Below, in pieces: positions 52,482-62,798 of a stretch of 64,000 nt of DNA. The notes under the pieces were generated by a model. The model worked only from the letters and a program-made list of their open reading frames with translations. It did not search any database and was not told the origin of the DNA. Both the position numbers and the translations under genes were made by a program. The first letter of the stretch is position 1. Every line of letters begins with the position of its first letter. The stretch is from Sedimentisphaerales bacterium (GTDB lineage Bacteria; Planctomycetota; Phycisphaerae; Sedimentisphaerales; SM23-30): NCBI GenBank assembly GCA_963666285.1, contig OY762711.1, one strand, 5' to 3'.

Positions 52482-55400
52482 TCATTGTAACATAATCGAC
52501 TCTTCATACTCACTAAATTTTATCCCAAAACTCGCCTCACTTCCCTGCTCTCCTATATCTGCTTTACGAACACTTATCGAATACTTACACTTCTCCAGGT
52601 CAATCGTCGCAGATACCTTCTCCCCACTGCTCCCCTTCGGCGACTTATACTTAAACACCTTCTTCTCCCCCTGCCTGACAATATTCTCAGCTTCCAGGGT
52701 CACACTGTAATCACCATAGGTAATAACAATATCCTCCGCCGCAATATCCGCACTCACATCCGCCACAACTATCTGACCCTGCACACTCAAACTGTCAGTC
52801 CCGGCCTTCTTACCAGCCTTAAACTTCACCTTATCAACCGTTAGCACATCTTCAACCCCACTCATCAATTCCACTGGCATACTCTTCTTGCCATTAATCA
52901 CATCAACCCCACCGCCTGAACCTAACACTCCGCGATCATAACCAGTCGCCGAAGCCGTACAACCTGTTCCTGTTTCAATCACAACTGTTACAGGTGCTTC
53001 CAAACCGGTCAGGTTCAGCCCCTTGCCAATATACTGGAAAGTATCTGTAGTTAAATCGAAGCTATATTGCGATGCACCATTCTTAACCCTATACAACTGT
53101 TTCTCATTAGTGCCCAAATATATCGTCTGATTATGCACAACCGTCATATTACTACCGGCATAGATACTGAAATTCACCTGACCTTCAAACAACTCAGCAG
53201 GTATCTTAAACAAAGAACCCTTCAAACTGATACTGTCACCATTATCACCTCGAGACCGACCTGCCTTAACCGTCATCTTATCCAACACAAAACGATAGCT
53301 CAGACCCTGTACTCCCATATTTCCAATCTCAGCTAAAAACGGAGTGCCATCTTCAATATCCCAAACCTGCTCGTATCCATTTTCTGTCTCATCCACAAAA
53401 TCCCAGCCTGCATCAAGAAAAGTTCCAATATTCACCATCTCGACAGAACTCTTTCCGATAGCACCCAGGCTACCATCTCCAGATTCGCCAATACCAGAAC
53501 TGTCAACATCCCAGAAACTCTTCTGTATTCCGCCAATCGGATAAACGGTTACACCTCCTGAACCGGCAGCAGCACCCAAAACAAAATCATCGGTTATTAT
53601 TAAATCTATTAAACCTGCATCCTGTATCGCAGCGGCAAATCCGCCCGTCACTCCCTCTCCACCGGAAACCGTACCGCCCGAATAACAGTATTTAACGTAA
53701 CCTGTATTCAAACCTGCGAAACCGCCCGCACTATAATCGCTGGCAACCAGGCCGGTACAGTAACTGTTTTCTATATCTCCTGTATTACGCCCAACAAATC
53801 CGCCGCTATAGCCATATACACTATCGTATTCATAACCCAGCATACTACTAACTGCCATACCGGTATAACTCCGATCAATTGCCCCATAATTTTCACCAGC
53901 CAATCCGCCTTCAATATGGTTATAGGCATAACAATATATATCTAATCCCCCTGCTGCACTACACGACGATATATAGCCGTAATTCTGTCCGACAAAACCA
54001 CCTGTAATATAATACGGAATCTCGCCCTTAACACTTGGATCAGTATAGCAATACAAAGCTGAAACGCTTCTCCTGTCTGCCATATTATCATACAATATAC
54101 TCCATCAAAATGGCAGTTATTGATTATTCCATTATTTACTACTGCAATACCACCAGTAACACTGGAATAATACGACCTCATTACAAGGTTATCAAATGTA
54201 ATATTCTTTACAACTCCATAATTACTGCCAAAGAACCCACAACAACCGCCTAATTCCATATTTGATATTTTATACCCATCGCCGTCAAATGTACCATAGA
54301 AATCGCCTTGAATATAACTGTCACATACACTGCTAGACGATGTAAGCGAAATATCCACACCTTCCAGATCTATATCATTTGCCAACCTGTAAAACCCGAA
54401 CTGCAAACCACCATTAGCTGCAAACTCTTTCAAGTCTTCAGCATCAGCAATAATAAACGGATCGTCATTGGTACCGCTTCCCGCCAAAACGGTATCAACA
54501 TCCAGCAGATACAGCGGCTCAAAACCGGCATCCGCCTCCCATGCCAGTTTAGGCATACAGCCTTCCTCTATCGCCCATATATCATCCGTACCGTCAGTAT
54601 CATCACCAACAAAATCAAATCCTGCAAAACTGGATTGCTCGGTTAGCTCTGAATCACTTAACGCCACTTCGCTGCCCTCACCTGTTTCTCTCTCATCTGT
54701 TGCACCACTGTATTCATAATAATAACTGTTACTTATAACCGGCATTGCTTGAATAGAATATGCTCCTTCAGGTAATATTGGAAAATAACCAGCAAGACCT
54801 CCCGCATTTTCCAAACCCGTTACCCTGCCTGCCGCATAACTTTTTGTGATATTACCCCCGGAATGACTTCCAACCAGCCCGCCAACATTTTCTAATCCCA
54901 TAACCGAACATACAGAATATGAATTAATTATTCCTTTACTCATATTATTACCACTTGTATATCCTACCAGCCCACCAACATTTTCCTTACCCGAAACAAT
55001 CCCAGAGCTATAACACCCTTCTATCAACCCGGAACTGCTGAAACCTGCTAATGCTCCGCAATATTTGCCGGAACTTTTAACAGACACATCCTCTAAACCC
55101 AGGTTCTTAACAATTCCTTTCAAATCACCAAACAATCCGCAATAAGACCATCCTGTAATAGAAAGATTACTTATTACATGACCTCCCCCATCAAAAACAC
55201 CGCCATAATACGATGAATAAGAGGATGGCAAAGTTAAAGCATTCGGGTCATCATTCGGAGGAAGAACTGAAACCATCATATTTGGGGACCCAATAACAGC
55301 ACGGTCATAAACACCGATTGCTGATAAATCCAGGTCTGTTTCTAAACGCGTATGAGCACTTCTCCAATATTTATGAAAATTACTTACATCTGCAAACTCT

Positions 55401-55564
55401 TTAAAATCCGCCAGATCTTCTATCAAATACGGATCAGATTCCGTCCCGCTGCCCGGCAAAACACCACCTGCGGCATAAACCAATGACTCTACACACAACA
55501 ACAATACAAAGATGTAATTAATAATTTTACTCACTTGCAAACTCCAATTTTTCTTTATTCTCAT
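52482..55564 (-). pseudogene. Secreted GLUG-motif repeat protein split by a frameshift (ORFs 53942-55564 and 52482-54095)
   Basis: GSGTESDPYLI and NVGGLVG/GGFVG GLUG repeats continue across the frame change near 54010-54100; real lesion or assembly error. Confidence 0.7.
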
Positions 55565-56199
55565 CTTAATTATTTTTCAGACTTCAGCTTATCTGGTAGG
55601 CCTACAATAGCCGACCAAAACAAAATATCAATTTTCAATACACAATAATACCAATATATTCCGAATGATGCCACATTATTGTCTCCTGTATTTTATTAAA
55701 ACATTAAAACTATAATGTGACAACTTATCACAGGACCAGACACCGTTTCCTTCTCACTTCTCGCCTCTTTCTTCTAACTCTTCTCATCCTTCAGGTGCCG
55801 CAATTTTGATTGAACTTTACCTACGCGTCAGCTTTAAAACAAGTCGTGAGCGACAGCGAATTATTCCTGATGTCAACGTACATCAGGACACCTCAATTCT
55901 TCACTATTCACTTTTAGTTCTTCACTTGTCGCACAGCGGCCTCTGCGAGCAACAGTATTTTTTTTCGTGTTCTTTCGTGAATTTTCTATGAAGCCAGAAT
56001 GCAACATTAATTTTCTAATTTTATTCATTTTTGCTATAATTCCTTTATCTTGCAAAGGATAGGGCTCTGCTGAGGAGCAACCCGAGCGTTGCAAGTTGTC
56101 AAGAAGCCGGGGCGGTTTTACACCGCCTCGTTTTTTGCTTTTTGACCTTATGCGATAAACCTATTTAAAACAATTTTCGCGTAGCGAATCATTATTTAC

Positions 56200-56350
56200 C
56201 TGATTGTTTCATCTTTCTATCCGGAGTGTCCGAGGCTGTATTTTACGCCATGGTTCCATTATATATATTGCGATACGGCTTAATTTTCGTGTCAGGTTCA
56301 AAACCCAAATGCACGACCAAGGTTCCGTATCGATTTCAATCGGGCAAAAT
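56200..56350 (-). ncRNA. Bridge/seek RNA of the IS110 element
   Basis: Stem cgatacgg/ccgtatcg (56332-56271) enclosing guide-TG-GGTTTTGAACC-TG-guide; the guides match the insertion site; RNA ends are approximate. Confidence 0.8.
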
Positions 56351-56384
56351 CATAGGTAATATTTATATTTTACTTATATTGGTA

Positions 56385-57431
56385 TCAAACACTTTGCAAT
56401 TCAGGCATCTGCCAACTTGTCCCATCTCGCATCATCGCCCACAATCGTACGAACAACCGTCGGGCTGTAGCTACTATCGCTATTTTTGCACGAGTTTTAC
56501 TTCCCCTCTTTATTCTTTCGTATGTTTCTTTTATCCATGGATTCCAACGCAAACCCAGCCAGCAAACCTCAACAAGTAATGCTCGCAATAACCTATTGCC
56601 ATATTTACTTATCCGCCCATGACGGTCTGTATTACCTGATTGGTACTGACGCGGTGTCATACCAATATAGCTGCCAACTTGTTTGCAATTCTTAAATCTA
56701 TGTGGATCATCAATATAAGCTGCAACTGCCTCTGCCAGACGTGGGCCAACTCCGGGAACAGTCTGTAATAGTTTTACCTTTTCATCAGTACTATTTAACT
56801 CTTCCAGTTTATCTTCAACTACTTGCAAAGCGTCTGTTAATTGTTCCAGTAATATAAGCTCGCTCCATAGATTGCCTTTCCAGAGCTCATCTGGTTTAAC
56901 TTTATCCATTGGCATAGCCATACTTCTTAACTGTTCCAGATTCTGCTTAGACCAGCACTTTCTGCCTGACGGCAACGAATACGCCTGGGCATTTAATAAA
57001 GAACGAATAGTATTTTTTACCTGAGTTATCCGTTCTGTAAGGCTCTGGCGATAATTAATTAAAGATCGTTTCTCTCGAATTTCCTTTTTAGGAACATAGA
57101 CAGTTGATAAATCTCCTAAAGCAGCACGCTTGGCCAGCCAAAATGCATCCTTTTTATCTGTTTTCTTCTTCAATTTTCTGCCAGACCATTCGCCGGTATT
57201 AGTATTTGCCACTTCATATTTTAATTCCAGGGTGTCAAAAAGGTCACAAATCCAGCCTATGATATCACAAGCCTCAAATACAATAAGATCAGCAGGGTGA
57301 GATACTGCCAGGTCATGAAGCTCTTGAGGGTTAGTCTTAAACGACTTATATATAGCCTTACAGCTTTTTACCTCATAAAAACAAACTACACTCTTGAATT
57401 TTCCTAAATCAATTGACATAATAGTCTTCAT
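56385..57431 (-). CDS. IS110-family DEDD transposase/recombinase
   Basis: SIDLGK (D), VFEAC (E), KTDKKDA (DD), TVPGVGP, GMTPRQYQSG (Ser) and ISKYGNRLLR motifs; intact 348 aa. Confidence 0.96.
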   Translation of the reverse strand: MKTIMSIDLGKFKSVVCFYEVKSCKAIYKSFKTNPQELHDLAVSHPADLIVFEACDIIGWICDLFDTLELKYEVANTNTGEWSGRKLKKKTDKKDAFWLAKRAALGDLSTVYVPKKEIREKRSLINYRQSLTERITQVKNTIRSLLNAQAYSLPSGRKCWSKQNLEQLRSMAMPMDKVKPDELWKGNLWSELILLEQLTDALQVVEDKLEELNSTDEKVKLLQTVPGVGPRLAEAVAAYIDDPHRFKNCKQVGSYIGMTPRQYQSGNTDRHGRISKYGNRLLRALLVEVCWLGLRWNPWIKETYERIKRGSKTRAKIAIVATARRLFVRLWAMMRDGTSWQMPELQSV

Positions 57432-58974
57432 AGCCAGAATACTCCGTATAAAATTGGTTAAATATTTGAGCGTCCCTGTGACAGCTCGTGCTAAAATTAT
57501 TGTGTATTATAACACAAGCCATGCTACAGGAATATTCTGGCTTTCATTGTATTTTCGTGGTTGACATCTTTTTCAGAATTCAGACTTCAAACTTCAGACT
57601 TCAGGTGCAAACAATTTTGATATAATCTTTACTCCCGCGTCAGCTTTAAAACAAGCCGTGAGCCGCAGCGAATTATTCCTGATGTCAACGTACATCAGGA
57701 CACCATTTTAATTTTTCATTTAGCAAAGTTCGCCACTCCAAACTTTTCAACATCCTTTTTACATTCTTTTTCATCCTTCATCCTTTACCCTTTACACTTT
57801 GATGCCGCTCCGCGGCATCTGGTCTGCCCACAAACCAAAAATAACAACTTACATCAATTCACGAAAAATCCCCTCCCCGCCGCAACTCTTCCCTGAACCC
57901 ACCTCGCACTCATTCATATATCCCCGCACTCTTCAATTTCATTCCGTTTTTTAACATCTCCTTCACCCACTACTCTCACACTCACACTTATAAATCAATT
58001 AGCCTCGCCGCCCCCCTTTAAAACAGGTCGCGTAGCGACACCTTCACATCATTGGACAAGTCCAATGATGTGCCCCAGTGCGCAGCACGAAGTTTATCTG
58101 CTGACAGCTGGCAGCTAGTCGCTCGCCGCTGTTGGCTCTTGATTTTTGATACTTTATCCTTTATACTTTATACTTCAGAAACGCTTTTCATTTCTTTCTT
58201 TATCAGTATGCATCTGCTTATCTGTGGTTCTCTTTTCAGGCGTTAGCCGTTTAAATAAGCTGTCCGCGAAGCGGACACCTCAACTCTTACCTCTTATCTC
58301 TAACTTTTTACCTACCTCCCCGTCTCCGCTTCGTTCCCGTCCGCATACCGCCGCACCCATTCAACGTTCCGCCGTATACTGTCCGCGGCCCGCAATTCAC
58401 CGCCGCTCAAATCCATTTGCCTTTTCACCGCCGTTCACCCGCCGCGCTGCCCCGTATATATGCCGCACACCTCCCGTCACCCATCAATCAGCCGCGAGCG
58501 GTAGCGAGCAACATTCCCTGGCACCTTAAACCTGATCCCTGGCACCTGATTTTCTCGAAAAAATCACCGCGTTTTTACAACCACCAAATCGCGAAAATCT
58601 AAAATCTCCAAAATTTTTATCCTGCTTTCCCACAACCCTTTACAATCTTCCACACCAACCATCCCACCCAAAAAATCAGCGCACTTTCGACATACCGTCC
58701 AATTGTAGAGAGCCGACAAAAAATGATTACCAGCAAAAATCAGCTCTCGCTAAAACTTAACAACGACGAAAACTTCGTCTTTAATATAAACAACGCTCAA
58801 TAAAAACTAAATATTTGAATACAGTCTCGGCAAATCAGAATGATTTGCCCTCTAAAATTGACAATCTCAATTCGTCGCCGAGCGAAGCGAGGTATTGTCC
58901 AGACTATGTCTGATCCGAGCGAAGCGAGGTATTGTCCAGGCTTTGCCTGGTGCCCGCTTTACCGCAATGGCTGC

Positions 58975-59013
58975 AAAAAAAAATAACCCAGGCCAATACT
59001 AATCAGCCTGGGC
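58975..59013 (-). terminator. Intrinsic terminator of metE
   Basis: Minus strand gcccaggc...gcctgggt followed by a long T-run. Confidence 0.7.
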
Positions 59014-59117
59014 ATACTATTTTTCAAAATCTAATCTGTTCAGTTTGAACGATCATTTAGATAATACAATTTCTATCCATCTCCGAACCCAACTTGCCTG
59101 GGTACGGTCTAGTCCAA

Positions 59118-61388
59118 TCAAGGTTTGGCCCGCAATATTTTTGCCGCTTCGACCATATTGATCAACGCCGCTTCAGTCTCCGGCCAGCCGCGAGTCTTCA
59201 ACCCGCAATCAGGGTTAACCCACAGCTGCTCTGCCGGAATAACCTTCAGCATCTTCCTCAACAGCTCTACCATCTCGTCTACCGGCGGCACACGCGGGCT
59301 GTGAATATCATATACACCCGGCCCGATCTCGTTCGGATAATCATACTCCTGGAATACATCCAGCAGCTCAATATCAGACCGGCTCGCCTCAATCGAAATA
59401 ACATCAGCATCCAATGCCGCGATCGCCTCGATTATCTCGTTAAAGTCAGAATAACACATATGCGTATGAATCTGGGTCTCATCCTTTACCACACATGCCG
59501 AAAGCTTAAACGCATCTACCGCCCAATCAAAATATTCCTGCCAGTCGCCCTTACGCAACGGCATCCCCTCACGAAACGCAGGCTCATCTATCTGGATTAT
59601 ACAAATCCCGGCATCTTCAAGGTCGGCAACCTCATCACGAATCGCTAACGCTATCTGGTTCGCTGTAACATCTGCCGGCTGATCTTCACGAACAAAAGAC
59701 CATTTCATTATCGTCAGCGGTCCTGTCAACATACCTTTAACATAGCTCTTACTCTGCGACTGGGCATACTCCGCCCACTCTACCGTCATCGGAGCTGACC
59801 GGGAAACATCACCATATATTATCGGCGGCTTCACACAGCGAGAACCATAGCTCTGCACCCAGCCAAACTGGGTAAACGCAAAACCGTTCAGCTGCTGACC
59901 AAAATATTCTACCATATCGTTTCGTTCCGGCTCACCATGAACCAATACATCCAGCCCGATCTCATCCTGAAACTCAACTACATGCTTTATCTCTTCTTTC
60001 ATCTTCTGGACATAGGTCTGCTTGTCAATGGTACCTGCCTTAAAGTCGGCACGAGCCTTCCGAATTTCAGGCGTCTGCGGAAACGAGCCAATTGTAGTAG
60101 TCGGCAATAACGGCAGTTTCAAAGCCTCTGCCTGGGCCTTCTTACGGGCAGCAAACTCACTTTTACGGTTAAACAAATCTGCCGTTATTTCACTAACACG
60201 CTTTGTTACAAAAGGATCTGTCACCTTTAACGCATCTTTTCCTTCAAATACCTCGATTATCGCGTCAAGCTTATCTTTTACTGCTCCCGCATCATCCACA
60301 GCATCCGCCAGCAATTTAATTTCATCCAGTTTCTGGGTAGCAAACGCCAAACGGCTCTTTACCGCAACATCGAGCTTCTCTTCTCGACCAAGATCTACCG
60401 GGCTATGCAGAAGCGAACACGACGGTGCTATTATCACCCTGTCCTTACCGGCTTTCTCAATCATCCCGGAAAACTCTTCAAAAATCGCCGGGATATTAGC
60501 CTTCCATATATTACGGCCATTAATCAAGCCCAATGACAAAATTGTTTTTTCACCAAACGCACCTATCGCCGCTTCCAGCTGTTTCGGACCGCGCACCAGG
60601 TCCAGATGAACCGCTTCAAAGCCAGGCTCTGCAAACAAGGCAAAATGCTCTGATACATCATTAAAATATGTCGCCAGGCAAACCTGCGGCCGTTCAGCAC
60701 TCCCAAGTAATACACTATATGCAGCCTTAAAAGCGGATTTATGCCTATCTGTCACATCCAACGCAAATACCGGCTCATCAATCTGAACCCATTCCGCACC
60801 GGCGGCCTTCAGCTTACCCAAAACCTCGCCATAAACTGTAGATACTTTATCTATCAACTCCAGCGGATCAAATCCTTCTGACTTAGACTTGCCTAATGCC
60901 AAATATGTTACTGGCCCTATCAATACCGGCCTGGTCTCGATACCAAGAGCCTTTGCCTCATTGTACTGATCAATTACCTTGGATGAGCTCAGGCTGAATT
61001 CCTGACCAACCTCAAACTCCGGTACAATATAATGATAATTCGTATCAAACCACTTGGTCATCTCCATCGCATGAACTTCACTATTGCCGCGTGCCATCGC
61101 AAAGTAAGTCTTCAGATCAACTTCTCCTCCGGAAAAACCATACCTGCCCGGCACAGCTCCCAGCATCGCTGTTGTATCCAGCATCAGGTCGTACAGAGAA
61201 AAATCATTACTCGGAATATAATCTATTCCGGCATTATGCTGTAGATTCCAGTGCACTTTTCGCAACTCTGCCGCTGTCGCTAGAAGTTCTTTTTCACTTA
61301 CATTGCCTTTCCAGAAGGCTTCAACTGTTTTTTTAAGCTCTCTATCGGCTCCTATACGAGGAAAGCCCAGGTTTGCACTTTTTGTCAT
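59118..61388 (-). CDS. metE: Cobalamin-independent methionine synthase
   Basis: [36 protein letters not shown] and [10 protein letters not shown] motifs. Confidence 0.97.
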   Translation of the reverse strand: MTKSANLGFPRIGADRELKKTVEAFWKGNVSEKELLATAAELRKVHWNLQHNAGIDYIPSNDFSLYDLMLDTTAMLGAVPGRYGFSGGEVDLKTYFAMARGNSEVHAMEMTKWFDTNYHYIVPEFEVGQEFSLSSSKVIDQYNEAKALGIETRPVLIGPVTYLALGKSKSEGFDPLELIDKVSTVYGEVLGKLKAAGAEWVQIDEPVFALDVTDRHKSAFKAAYSVLLGSAERPQVCLATYFNDVSEHFALFAEPGFEAVHLDLVRGPKQLEAAIGAFGEKTILSLGLINGRNIWKANIPAIFEEFSGMIEKAGKDRVIIAPSCSLLHSPVDLGREEKLDVAVKSRLAFATQKLDEIKLLADAVDDAGAVKDKLDAIIEVFEGKDALKVTDPFVTKRVSEITADLFNRKSEFAARKKAQAEALKLPLLPTTTIGSFPQTPEIRKARADFKAGTIDKQTYVQKMKEEIKHVVEFQDEIGLDVLVHGEPERNDMVEYFGQQLNGFAFTQFGWVQSYGSRCVKPPIIYGDVSRSAPMTVEWAEYAQSQSKSYVKGMLTGPLTIMKWSFVREDQPADVTANQIALAIRDEVADLEDAGICIIQIDEPAFREGMPLRKGDWQEYFDWAVDAFKLSACVVKDETQIHTHMCYSDFNEIIEAIAALDADVISIEASRSDIELLDVFQEYDYPNEIGPGVYDIHSPRVPPVDEMVELLRKMLKVIPAEQLWVNPDCGLKTRGWPETEAALINMVEAAKILRAKP

Positions 61389-61588
61389 TTATAACCCCTT
61401 ATTCTTATTATTTGTGTTAGTTTTTATTTTCAGTAAAAAGCAATTACTATCTGTACTTACGGATTCGACAATACAAAACCACTATTACTTATTACTATTC
61501 AACAATTTACAACATTCCTATTAGTGCGTTTGGCTGATTATATACAACCTTATACAAATATTTCCACAAAAAATAGCCCATTCAACAT

Positions 61589-62155
61589 CTAAACTTTTGG
61601 TAAAGTCATACCAGTTTGCCCCTGATACTTTCCTTTTCTATCAGAATATGACACTTCACACGCAGATTCTGATTCAAAAAACAAAACCTGAGCTAAACCC
61701 TCCCAGGCATAAACTTTTGCCGGCAAGGGTGTTGTATTAGATATCTCCAAAACAGCATAACCCTCCCAACCTGGCTCAAAAGGCGTTACATTAACTATTA
61801 TTCCACAACGGGCATATGTCGACTTGCCTACACACACTGTCAGAACATTGCGAGGTATTCGAAAATATTCAACACTCAATGCCAAAGCAAAACTATTGGG
61901 CGGTATTAAACACACATCGCCTTCAACTTCGACCAGGCTTTTACTATCAAACTCTTTCGGATCAACTACGCTACCATAAACATTAGTAAATATCCTGAAA
62001 TGATTCGACACCCTGATATCATAACCAAAAGAAGATAAACCATATGATATTACAGATTTACCTTCTTTCTGTTTGATCTGTCCCGGCTCGAACGGCTCTA
62101 TCATATTTGCTTCCTGTACGATTTCTTTTATTCGACTGTCTGAACAAATGCTCAT
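61589..62155 (-). CDS. dcd: dCTP deaminase
   Basis: [21 protein letters not shown] and TPFEPGWEG motifs. Confidence 0.95.
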   Translation of the reverse strand: MSICSDSRIKEIVQEANMIEPFEPGQIKQKEGKSVISYGLSSFGYDIRVSNHFRIFTNVYGSVVDPKEFDSKSLVEVEGDVCLIPPNSFALALSVEYFRIPRNVLTVCVGKSTYARCGIIVNVTPFEPGWEGYAVLEISNTTPLPAKVYAWEGLAQVLFFESESACEVSYSDRKGKYQGQTGMTLPKV

Positions 62156-62183
62156 ATAACTCTCCTGTCTACAAATAACTATC

Positions 62184-62798
62184 CTAAGACCTCAAACTTA
62201 TATCCATCGCATTTTCTGGGATAAAAGTCTGAATTTTATAATCAGCTCCAATTGGAAGCATATTCCTTATTACATCAATATCATCACTAACATGCAGTTT
62301 AGGTATATACGTGGTCCTGAATTGCACCTTTACATGACACTTCAGCAATATTTCAATACTGTCTTTTATTGTCTGGCTGTCAATATCAACTCCTATAATA
62401 TCTCCATATTTTTCAATTGGCGATTTAATATCCATCGCAACAAAATCCAGCAAATTTGCCTTTAGCAAATCCTCGATTACCCCAGGTCGGCTGCCGTTGG
62501 TGTCTAATTTTACCTTTAACCTCCTGTCAACCAGCATTTCAATAAAATCCTGAAGATCTGGCTGAATTGTTGGCTCTCCGCCACTGACTACAACGGAATC
62601 TATAAAGCGTTCTCGTTTTTCAAGTTTTTCCATAATTGCATATTGATCACATCCATTACCCTTTTCTAATGAACCGGCAATTAAACTATGATTATGACAA
62701 TACCCACAGCGAAAATTACACCCTTGGCAATATATAACCGCAGCACACCTGCCGGGATAATCGTTCATACTAATTGACTGAAAACCACCTATCTGCAA
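62184..62798 (-). CDS. nrdG: Anaerobic ribonucleotide reductase activating enzyme (radical SAM)
   Basis: DYPG...[24 protein letters not shown]; directly follows nrdD. Confidence 0.9.
   Translation of the reverse strand: MQIGGFQSISMNDYPGRCAAVIYCQGCNFRCGYCHNHSLIAGSLEKGNGCDQYAIMEKLEKRERFIDSVVVSGGEPTIQPDLQDFIEMLVDRRLKVKLDTNGSRPGVIEDLLKANLLDFVAMDIKSPIEKYGDIIGVDIDSQTIKDSIEILLKCHVKVQFRTTYIPKLHVSDDIDVIRNMLPIGADYKIQTFIPENAMDISLRS

Larger units (their letters stand above)
55987..57556 (-). mobile_element. IS110-family insertion sequence, IS1111 subgroup (about 1.57 kb)
   Basis: Left end CAATGAA-AGCCAGAAT (57549 downward), right end ATTCTGGCT-TCATA (to 55987), internal IR copy before the ATG, long downstream non-coding region; ATTTTC at both junctions (55981-55986, 57551-57556). 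Confidence 0.9.
55738..58951 (+). repeat. Mosaic of heptamer/decamer tandem tracts and REP-like palindromic modules
   Basis: 7-nt period tracts at 55751, 55898, 57572, 57775, 58100, 58152, 58284 and 58517; ~100-bp direct repeats at 55791-55892 and 57601-57704; 37-bp tandem at 58878/58915. Confidence 0.85.

Noticed and set aside
55791..57704. 100-bp repeats as IS target-site duplication or composite-transposon ends
   Set aside because: The IS ends are defined by IS1111-type subterminal IRs well inside the repeats, and the two repeats have diverged from each other.
58052..58602. ORFs 58052-58246, 58146-58529 and 58417-58602
   Set aside because: Low-complexity translations of repeat tracts, with no clear RBS or recognisable domain.
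58723..58803. tmRNA-tag-like peptide (..NDENFVF..) in a 26-aa ORF
   Set aside because: No tRNA-like domain or terminal ALAA; probably coincidence.
55738..58951. CRISPR array
   Set aside because: No constant 25-40-bp repeat with unique, equal-length spacers; no cas genes in the window.
61389..61588. Cobalamin or SAM riboswitch upstream of metE
   Set aside because: The spacer is short and AT-rich, with no B12-box or S-box motifs.
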